From positions 179,404 through 243,403 of IMG/VR virus record IMGVR_UViG_3300010399_000031: a DNA stretch of 64,000 nucleotides. One strand, given 5' to 3'. The notes below the pieces were generated by a model. It was not told the DNA's origin. It saw nothing but the letters and a program-made list of their open reading frames with translations, and did no database searches. How positions within the stretch are numbered: the first letter of the stretch is position 1; each line of letters begins with the position of its first letter. Made by a program: the position numbers and the translations under genes. This document shows, in pieces, positions 56,600 to 64,000 of this stretch.

Positions 56600-56643
56600 A
56601 GACCCCCATACTACCCCGACTCCAACGGGTAGTATGGGGGTCT
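56600..56643. terminator. long bidirectional hairpin
   Basis: AGACCCCCATACTACCC/GGGTAGTATGGGGGTCT 17-bp stem between convergent genes. Confidence 0.75.
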
Positions 56644-56668
56644 ATGCTCTTACCACGTAATACAAAAC

Positions 56669-57130
56669 TCATGCAGTGAGAATTTGCCGATGAACCAACA
56701 ACTGACGAACGTCTTTCTCGATGTCTTCCGGTCGACCATAGCGTAGCCACTTGGGCATAGCCATGATGATCTGCTTGGTGGCATGCTCGATCATGTCGGG
56801 ACTGGTTTGGTCCGCAAGAATCGATTCGCCGCAGATATCGGTCAGTGTCTTGCCACGCCAGATTGCTTTGGATAGATGAATCGGCAACTTCAGCGCGGAA
56901 TCGGATTTGCTTAACTGCATCAAGCGGTTAAGTTTCTCCAATACGGGGTCGTCGATCTGGGGTTCGCCCTCGACTTGTCCGTCTTTGACACGTGCGAAAA
57001 ATGAGGCCAGAAACATCAAGCGCTTGGTGCGTCGAGGAAGATAGCGATCAAGAAACTGAACGCTATACTGCCTTAATGCCTCTGAGGCTCGACTCATAAC
57101 GAAACTCCTGCTGGTTTGCGTGGTCATCAT
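56669..57130 (-). CDS. hypothetical protein
   Basis: ORF downstream of RNase H. Confidence 0.7.
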   Translation of the reverse strand: MMTTQTSRSFVMSRASEALRQYSVQFLDRYLPRRTKRLMFLASFFARVKDGQVEGEPQIDDPVLEKLNRLMQLSKSDSALKLPIHLSKAIWRGKTLTDICGESILADQTSPDMIEHATKQIIMAMPKWLRYGRPEDIEKDVRQLLVHRQILTA

Positions 57131-57174
57131 TGTCGGTTGTTAAAGACCACGCGGCTAGGGGTGGTGGAAAAGAC

Positions 57175-58803
57175 TTAAGATGCGGGTACCGACGTCTTCA
57201 TCGAAACAACTCGGATGTTGCTATACATCCCCGCCCAAATGCCAATCGCATCATTGACCTGAATGACGGTTGCATGCCGAAAAGCCAATTCGCTTTCCAT
57301 CCACGTAACAAGACTAACCTTCGGATTGAGCTTCTCCAGACGCCGTAGTCCATTACGATCCAGCATGTCAATGCCAAGAGTGAGTTTAAGCGACTCTTGA
57401 TAAAGTTCACCCGTTGCAGCGTCTGGCTTATAGTTAGCCAGTACGTCTAATGCCGCGAACCCGACGCAGTAATCATCCTTGAGCACGGTAAGTGTCGTGG
57501 ATTCCTTCTTACTGGTCTTGACAACTGTCTCATAAAGAATAGGTGTCAAATCCGTAATTGCTAACTCGGATACCCCAGACAGATACTGTTCGAGTTTCTG
57601 TCCGAGAAATGCAATGTTCTCCACGGCCCGATAAGCGAGCTTTGCGGGACGAAATTGCGTGGTGAGTGGTTCGGCATCTGCTCCCACCAAATCCAGCAAA
57701 TATGGATTGGATCGATAGGTGGCAAGATGACCGTAGTTGCTCAACTCCTTGTGAACCACACTGCTAAAGACATTGCCGATCAACATCTTCATGAGGTTAT
57801 CGGTGTTATCCGCCAAATTCGATTGATGATCGAAAATCGTCTCGATCACCGGGTCAGGCGTATGTAACCGAACCACGGCAAAGGCGCCATCGGCTGAACG
57901 CATGCCATGTTCTCCGTCTTCCTTACCATGATTTCCCAAGTAGTATTCACCTGGCGTCAGATGTGTGCGACGGGTATTGAAGTACAGATTTTGATGAGAG
58001 ATAAACGGGTGCTTGTTCGACTCGTACCCCCAGTAGCCCTCGGGTGCACTCACGATCACTTCATTTTTTACGATTCCAGACAGCGAGTGGTTAGTACCGA
58101 TGGCGGCCCAACGATCGGCTTTGACATTACCCAGAATATCCGAGTGAGCCCGCACCCAACCAAACTTCACAGTGATACCTTTAGCACGCAATTCATCGGT
58201 GAGATCCGAGAGCTTGCGCCAGTATTTCAGATTGGTGATCTCACTACCATCGGATCTTTTCCACCCATGGCGTTTCCAACTCCCAACCCAGCTTTCCATA
58301 CCTTTACGGACGTACTCGCTGTCAGTGAAGATGCTCACTTGCTTGATAGCAAACTGCTCGGCGTGACGCAAACCATGGTAGGCGGCATCTAGCTCTGCAA
58401 TGTTGTTCGACACTTTGATACCGCGCGCCATGTCGATTTCGTACGAACCGAAACCGTCGATATAATGCAGCGGTGTGACGGCATTGACGCTATCGTCTTC
58501 TCCAAGGGTTTTGAGTTGCGCAACCTCAATCTTGGTCATGTAACCGTCAGAGGTAAGAATATGGTCGGGGTTACCTGAACCTTTTTTCGGTACTTCAAAC
58601 GAGTAGAGATACCCGTGTAGTCCCCAACCACCGTAACCGGGATTGGGGATGCAAGAGCCATCGGTCCACAGACACATACCTTGCAACACAACGGGTGCAG
58701 GCTGCTCTTGTTTGGATTCAGATGCGGCTTTGCGCTCTGCTTCAACAGCGGCGATATCATCGGGATGATTCGACTGATGGTATCCTTGTTCTTTATTACA
58801 CAT
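57175..58803 (-). CDS. rnhA: ribonuclease HI with C-terminal extension (phiKZ gp155-like)
   Basis: WTDGSC.PNPG.GGWG, NNIAEL, TDSEYV, WVRAH..GN..AD. Confidence 0.9.
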   Translation of the reverse strand: MCNKEQGYHQSNHPDDIAAVEAERKAASESKQEQPAPVVLQGMCLWTDGSCIPNPGYGGWGLHGYLYSFEVPKKGSGNPDHILTSDGYMTKIEVAQLKTLGEDDSVNAVTPLHYIDGFGSYEIDMARGIKVSNNIAELDAAYHGLRHAEQFAIKQVSIFTDSEYVRKGMESWVGSWKRHGWKRSDGSEITNLKYWRKLSDLTDELRAKGITVKFGWVRAHSDILGNVKADRWAAIGTNHSLSGIVKNEVIVSAPEGYWGYESNKHPFISHQNLYFNTRRTHLTPGEYYLGNHGKEDGEHGMRSADGAFAVVRLHTPDPVIETIFDHQSNLADNTDNLMKMLIGNVFSSVVHKELSNYGHLATYRSNPYLLDLVGADAEPLTTQFRPAKLAYRAVENIAFLGQKLEQYLSGVSELAITDLTPILYETVVKTSKKESTTLTVLKDDYCVGFAALDVLANYKPDAATGELYQESLKLTLGIDMLDRNGLRRLEKLNPKVSLVTWMESELAFRHATVIQVNDAIGIWAGMYSNIRVVSMKTSVPAS

Positions 58804-58842
58804 GGTTCGGTCCTGTTTGTTCGCTTAACCTCTCTAGATGAT

Positions 58843-59343
58843 CTACCGACCCAATGAATTCTGAGTGCCAGAATTTGTCGTAATGTAGCTTTGGCAATCC
58901 TTCAGATACTGCTGATGACTTTCTCGGATCGTGTGTTTTATTTGACCGATATATTGGTAGAGCATTGTGATTTGCTTTTCAGCTACTTGATCGAAATCGC
59001 GAGGGTCGTTGGATTTCCTTAACTTGTCGAGTTGATCGTAAGGGAGATCCGGGGCAGAACCCAAATCGGGTAAACGATAAACTGGACAAGACACGGGAAG
59101 GGTGGTTTTTTTGGCATCTGGTGTTTCTAAAGGAACGGACGGATGGGACCCCGTTGCACTGTCAGAATGAATTTTCTCATCACTGAGACTGGCGCTTTCT
59201 AGTGCAGCGGCTGCACTGGCTTTATGCGGTGCATTTGCTACGTCGCTATCTCCCCAATTGTAGAGTTCGTAATGATTAAACGAATGACAAGAAGAAAGCC
59301 CTATCCATGCGAACAGAACAATACAGACGCGTGTGATTTTCAT
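58843..59343 (-). CDS. putative lipoprotein
   Basis: signal peptide ending in LSSC. Confidence 0.6.
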   Translation of the reverse strand: MKITRVCIVLFAWIGLSSCHSFNHYELYNWGDSDVANAPHKASAAAALESASLSDEKIHSDSATGSHPSVPLETPDAKKTTLPVSCPVYRLPDLGSAPDLPYDQLDKLRKSNDPRDFDQVAEKQITMLYQYIGQIKHTIRESHQQYLKDCQSYITTNSGTQNSLGR

Positions 59344-59368
59344 GATGAACCACTTTCTTTATCAATAC

Positions 59369-59950
59369 CTACTGATTACTAGAATTATCCCCGGTGTTAC
59401 CGTGTTCTTCCCGATACTCCTGGCTGCGAATAGCATCAAGTGTACGTTTCCATTCGTTGTACCGTACCGACGAAGAAGACACAGGTGGTTCACGCCGTCC
59501 ACGCGGTGGATAGTAGCGACGCTTTTCACGTTTAGAAGGCTCGGGAGGGATATCCGCCGCCGGAGGCGGGGTATCCTGGGAAGGATTTGGCGGAGGTGTT
59601 ACCGGTTGATCGGGTGACGCTGGTGTATTGACAAAACTAGTGGATTCGTCAGGTTTTACGTTGATGGTTGGTTTTTCTGGTTTAGTGGTAGGTTTGCTAA
59701 CAGGTTGAGAAGATAATTTGCTGGGGTGCTGACCCATTTCCTTGTATTTACGATCGAGAATCACGTAATCGGCAGAGATCTTCACCAATTTCGGGATAAA
59801 CACGATATTCAAAAAGAAGGAAAGAAGAATCAAACCAATGAGGAACACCCGTACCTTGTTGGTTCTGATAGCTTCCTGAACAGTCTTCTCACCGAGTATC
59901 ATTTCCTTGATAAAAGGAAACAAAAAGGCGATGAGTTTAAAGGATGACAT
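59369..59950 (-). CDS. membrane-anchored Pro-rich protein
   Basis: TM VFLIGLILLSFFLNIVFI followed by a Pro-rich region. Confidence 0.7.
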   Translation of the reverse strand: MSSFKLIAFLFPFIKEMILGEKTVQEAIRTNKVRVFLIGLILLSFFLNIVFIPKLVKISADYVILDRKYKEMGQHPSKLSSQPVSKPTTKPEKPTINVKPDESTSFVNTPASPDQPVTPPPNPSQDTPPPAADIPPEPSKREKRRYYPPRGRREPPVSSSSVRYNEWKRTLDAIRSQEYREEHGNTGDNSSNQ

Positions 59951-60050
59951 AGAAGGTCCTTAGTTCATTTTATAGCTTCAAGGTTACCATACTCGGTAAC
60001 AAAATGCAAGAATTCTTCTCTTTTTTGTTATTTCTCGCTCGGAGAGATCC

Positions 60051-61388
60051 ATGTATGTGTTAAAAGGCTTTATCGTCAACCCGACGTTTGCAAACAACGC
60101 GCCGGGTCAGACATCGGTCATGGGCGAGTTGACGACGCAATCGGCAACTTTCTCGATTGAGAAGGGGTGGTATCAGAACGACACGATCTCACCGGATATT
60201 CAGATGGTCACATTCACCAGCGCAACGGACGGTGTTGCTGCTGCGGTGACTAATGATCTACGTGATCGGGTGTTGGCGATCGCCAAATGGGTGTATGATC
60301 AAGTCAACACGAATGTTCAGCTCTACGCTGATCAACTTTTGCAGGACATTCTCACACAATTTCAATCCACAGCGGGTACCTTTGCCTGTGGCAACATCGT
60401 CACCGATGGTAATAGTCATTGGTGTCCGGAATGGGTCAGTTGGGTCGACAATACACTCACCGCAGCAGCAACACCCAATCAGATCAAACTCTGGTTTGCC
60501 GATGCGTCGTTTCAAGATGAGTTCGATGATTACTCGTTCAAGGTAGTCGCTCCCCTCACACCGTTGGATAACTTTTTCCAGACGGGGCAACAAGTAGCTA
60601 CCGCTATCGCAGCTCGTACGCTTCCGCAGCTTTTTGACCAAATCACGGTGATACGCGCCAGTGACCCCGAGACGATTCAAGTTGCACTTACGTACAACTA
60701 CATCGATCCGAACAATGCAACCAACATCGTACCGACAGAGTGGATTGTGCTCGGTTACGGTGCGGCCGGTAATACGATCGATACGATCAACGATGCACTT
60801 GTCAATTACATCCTGGCCAATTCGACCCATACGCGCGACGACTGGGTCAAGATTTTGCCTGACTTATTCAAACGTACTGAGTTTATTCTGGTACCTTTGG
60901 AAGACCAGTACGCTATCGAGGCCAATCCGTTACAAGGTACGGGTATTTACGCCACCATCACTAATTTGGCTCGGGTGAACACTCTGTATAAGAGTGTCGT
61001 ACCGTCGTATCCCTCGGCTCATATCGATAGCCATCTCTCACTCATGGCTCACCCGTACAAGAATCTGCAAATCGCGGTGGTGGGTTCGATTGATAATCGA
61101 AATAATTGGTACGAGTTGCAACAGGTGTTTCCTGATTTGTTGGCCGTTTCCACTACGTCGTCAGATTTTGGTCGCATGTCGCAAGACACGCAGGGACTTT
61201 TACAGCAATTGGCAACGATGCTACCAATTGCAGAGACGATGGGTCCGTTCACGGATATTCCGCACGGATACACTCGGGTCACACGTGACGGGAAGTTATA
61301 CCTCGTGGTCAATTACGAGAACATCAACTACTTGGTGTGTGCAAAGCAAAATCTGACACAAGTTATCCCGCCGCTCAACGGAGGTTAA
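60051..61388 (+). CDS. virion structural protein
   Basis: 'MYVLKGF..NN.PG..S..GEL','W..ILPDLFK.TEF','DF.RMS..TQ' pattern of a phiKZ-like virion protein. Confidence 0.7.
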   Translation: MYVLKGFIVNPTFANNAPGQTSVMGELTTQSATFSIEKGWYQNDTISPDIQMVTFTSATDGVAAAVTNDLRDRVLAIAKWVYDQVNTNVQLYADQLLQDILTQFQSTAGTFACGNIVTDGNSHWCPEWVSWVDNTLTAAATPNQIKLWFADASFQDEFDDYSFKVVAPLTPLDNFFQTGQQVATAIAARTLPQLFDQITVIRASDPETIQVALTYNYIDPNNATNIVPTEWIVLGYGAAGNTIDTINDALVNYILANSTHTRDDWVKILPDLFKRTEFILVPLEDQYAIEANPLQGTGIYATITNLARVNTLYKSVVPSYPSAHIDSHLSLMAHPYKNLQIAVVGSIDNRNNWYELQQVFPDLLAVSTTSSDFGRMSQDTQGLLQQLATMLPIAETMGPFTDIPHGYTRVTRDGKLYLVVNYENINYLVCAKQNLTQVIPPLNGG

Positions 61389-61392
61389 GTAA

Positions 61393-62058
61393 ATGGCCGA
61401 TATGCTTCCGATGTTGGGTGCAGCGGGCATTTACACGCTGAAAGCACCGTTTAACACCGATCTACTGGCAAATACGCAGTATACCTGTGTGGCTATCCGT
61501 AAATTGGTTGAGATTGTCGCAGGGGGAGGCGATCCCTTTACGGATTACTACGTCCCGAAGAGTTTGGATAAATCGACCTATACTACCGATTTAACCAACG
61601 ATGTTTCCATTGTTACGCTACAAGCTGCTGATAACTCGTTGGTTCCAGTGCCGTCGAGTTATTTGGCCGCTTACCCGGACGGGGGTGGAATTCCTTATCG
61701 GGTAATCATCGTTTCTGGTAATTTGGGAGCAATTCCCGATTCACTGGATCTCTCTCCGATTCAGCAAAAAATCCAAGACGATATTGCAGCCATTTTGGGT
61801 ATCCAAGATGTCACGATCCGTGTATCGGCGGTGTCCAATGTCAAGTTGCTCGATACAGCTACCGCGCAAGGGTTGGAAAGCGCGCGGCAAGCCAATATCA
61901 CCAACAACACGACGGACTACTCTATGCTTGTACAAGTGACTGCTCAACGCGATCAAGCTTTGCAACGGATCACGGAGTTGGAAAACTACATCTTGAGTAA
62001 CAACGGGTTACCTCCTGTGGAAAATCCGGATGGCAGTTCACCGAATACCACCGCGTAA
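61393..62058 (+). CDS. conserved virion-associated protein
   Basis: 'G.YTLKAPF','VPSSYL..YP', C-terminal coiled coil. Confidence 0.65.
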   Translation: MADMLPMLGAAGIYTLKAPFNTDLLANTQYTCVAIRKLVEIVAGGGDPFTDYYVPKSLDKSTYTTDLTNDVSIVTLQAADNSLVPVPSSYLAAYPDGGGIPYRVIIVSGNLGAIPDSLDLSPIQQKIQDDIAAILGIQDVTIRVSAVSNVKLLDTATAQGLESARQANITNNTTDYSMLVQVTAQRDQALQRITELENYILSNNGLPPVENPDGSSPNTTA

Positions 62059-62066
62059 CGGCATAC

Positions 62067-62090
62067 ACCCCAGGGGACGTCCCCTGGGGT
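62067..62090. terminator. perfect 24-bp palindrome between convergent genes
   Basis: ACCCCAGGGGACGTCCCCTGGGGT. Confidence 0.7.
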
Positions 62091-62099
62091 AATATGTCC

Positions 62100-63113
62100 T
62101 CAATTATACTGGAGATTAGGTGCCGTAATACTGGTGGTAGCTTCAATGGTGACAGCTTTCATATCTCCTTCGATATTCATGTCACCCTTAAGTAATGCTT
62201 GTCCAGCGATCGTGATTTTACCCGAACCGCCACCTGTATCATTACTTCCCTCAGCCGTGGTCATATCACCATTTAGCTGATAAGGTCCGTTTTCTGTCCA
62301 GGGGCCATTGTGGGTGGCATTGCCACTTGTCATCTGAAGCGACTGCTGTTGGATGGTCGCTTGACCAAAGGTCCAATCTACATTCTGAGCATTGACTTTC
62401 CACGTACCAGGAACTTGGAAATTCAAATCCTTTTTGTCTAGCTGTACCACCGCGTGATCGGCCGTTTGCATGGTCAGGATTCGATTAATGGCATCTAAGA
62501 AAAAGAAATTGCCAATATCGTCTTGAATCTGAAGGGTGCCGGTACCAGGGTTGATCTGAATATCGAAACTACACACTTCGCCGTTGACTTTGGAGGTGTG
62601 TAAATGCATCAATTTGTTGTGGGTCGATACTTCGAAGAAATAGGACGAATCGGTATTGCCTGCGCTGGAATCATCCGTATTACTTTGTGCACCTGTCTGC
62701 GCCGTACTGGCACTCCACGCATAGATCACTGTCTCTAGCTTACGCAGATGTAGGTCATCGGTGAGTGTCATCCAATAGTACTTATCCGAATCCCCCATGC
62801 GCCAAAGCATCAAACGCTCACCCGCGCGGATATTGGGTGGCGTCATTCGGTTGCTACTGCCCATGGGTAGCCATTCAGCTGGTTTAGAGGGACTTTGCAA
62901 GATACTGTCTGAATAGTTCTGCCCTTGTGCGTTCACACCTGTTGCTTGGTATTGATTGGCGTTATTGCTGAGAGTACCCGAGAGCATTGGGAATTCTTCC
63001 ACCGGTATGACTTCTAGAATCTTGGAGTTTAACGGCAAATCGTTTGCTGCCACGCCAAAACTGTGAGCGTGTAATTTGGAAAGCGTGGGTTCGTTTTTCG
63101 GTAACGTTTGCAT
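62100..63113 (-). CDS. baseplate central spike (phiKZ gp164-like)
   Basis: 'AEWLP...NRMTPPNIR.GE','YYW','LRKLET', C-terminal beta-helix-like repeats; divergent from SbcC as in phiKZ. Confidence 0.75.
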   Translation of the reverse strand: MQTLPKNEPTLSKLHAHSFGVAANDLPLNSKILEVIPVEEFPMLSGTLSNNANQYQATGVNAQGQNYSDSILQSPSKPAEWLPMGSSNRMTPPNIRAGERLMLWRMGDSDKYYWMTLTDDLHLRKLETVIYAWSASTAQTGAQSNTDDSSAGNTDSSYFFEVSTHNKLMHLHTSKVNGEVCSFDIQINPGTGTLQIQDDIGNFFFLDAINRILTMQTADHAVVQLDKKDLNFQVPGTWKVNAQNVDWTFGQATIQQQSLQMTSGNATHNGPWTENGPYQLNGDMTTAEGSNDTGGGSGKITIAGQALLKGDMNIEGDMKAVTIEATTSITAPNLQYN

Positions 63114-63183
63114 AGAAAACCTTCTGAATCAAAAAACACTGCTCGAAGTAATCGTCTGATAACCCCGTACGTAAGAAACCAAC

Positions 63184-64000
63184 ATGCGAATACTCGGCAT
63201 CGAACTCGTAGGTTACATCCCTTTGATGGGAAACACCGTAGCAATGTTCCGTATGAACCTTGCCCAAAAGATCCAATTGATCCTTGGTACCAATGGTAGC
63301 GGTAAGTCCTCCCTTATGTCGGAGTTGACTCCGTTACCGGCTGACGGCAGTGCTTTTCACAAAGGCGGCGGTAAAACCATAACCATTAGCCATCGCGGTC
63401 AACACTATACATTGATTAACCGATTTGACACTCAAAAGGGTTGGCACAGCTTTGCGCGCAATGGAGAGGAGCTTAACGCCTCGCATTTGCAGACGACGCA
63501 ATACGAACTGTGTCGACAAGAGTTTGGCTATACCGAGAATGTTCGGAAACTTCTGCAAGGTAAGATTCGTTTCTCGCGGATGAAGCCAAAAGACAGACGC
63601 GAATGGCTCACGTATCTGTCGGATGTCGATTTTGATTACGCTATCGGTGTGTATGATCGTCTACGTAAAGAGGCGAGTGCTTCCTCTGGGTTTTTGCGTC
63701 GACAACGCGAACGCTTAGTGGTTGAGCAGCAAAAGATCATCACCGGTGAAGAGCAGCAGCGTCTAAAGACTGAAGTCGATGCAATTCACCAAGAGTTATC
63801 TAAACTCTTAGCGGTGAGAAAACCGATTGAGCATGATCTTGCTGATCTGGAGAATCACCATCAGAAGGGTTTAGTGCAGCTAGAAGAAATGGCCACGACT
63901 TTGATGAGGATGCGCATTCATGCACCTTTATCAGCCTATGGTGGTCCGGAAAAGTATCGAGACGAATGGGGTCAGCTGCAAGCGCCAATCTTTAACCACC
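63184..64000 (+). CDS. sbcC: SbcC/Rad50-like SMC ATPase, 5' part (runs off the window; not in the ORF track)
   Basis: MRILGIELVGY...QLILGTNGSGKSSLMSELTPLP Walker A followed by coiled coil. Confidence 0.85.
   Translation, partial: MRILGIELVGYIPLMGNTVAMFRMNLAQKIQLILGTNGSGKSSLMSELTPLPADGSAFHKGGGKTITISHRGQHYTLINRFDTQKGWHSFARNGEELNASHLQTTQYELCRQEFGYTENVRKLLQGKIRFSRMKPKDRREWLTYLSDVDFDYAIGVYDRLRKEASASSGFLRRQRERLVVEQQKIITGEEQQRLKTEVDAIHQELSKLLAVRKPIEHDLADLENHHQKGLVQLEEMATTLMRMRIHAPLSAYGGPEKYRDEWGQLQAPIFNH

Overview
This window is part of a phiKZ-like jumbo phage genome (nucleus-forming, Chimalliviridae-type gene order). The GC-rich codon usage of its highly expressed genes suggests a GC-rich proteobacterial host (inference). 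The right half is the conserved core: SF2 helicase, DnaB, major capsid protein, non-virion RNAP beta subunit, portal, RuvC, spanins, tail fibres, RNase H, central spike and SbcC. The left half is accessory. Standout 1: positions 2-352 are a perfectly phased 36-nt dual-repeat array (9-nt repeat / 9-nt spacer / 9-nt repeat / 9-nt spacer, 9 complete units, probably continuing left of the window). It lies directly upstream of a Nop/IS110-like protein with no RuvC domain, i.e. a TIGR-Tas-type (TasA-like) RNA-guided system. Standout 2: a non-coding RNA island at about 12.3-16.0 kb holds several aberrant tRNA-like RNAs and two large (about 640 and 560 nt) highly structured RNAs of unknown class, interleaved with a SLOG protein and a DEDDh exoribonuclease. 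Also noted: a Tad1-like anti-defence gene with a divergent paralogue, a Hedgehog-type Hint domain on a tail-associated protein, a recurrent hairpin+TATG signal, and a possible ATC start codon for the RNAP subunit. All family assignments come from motif recognition by eye; no database searches were run.
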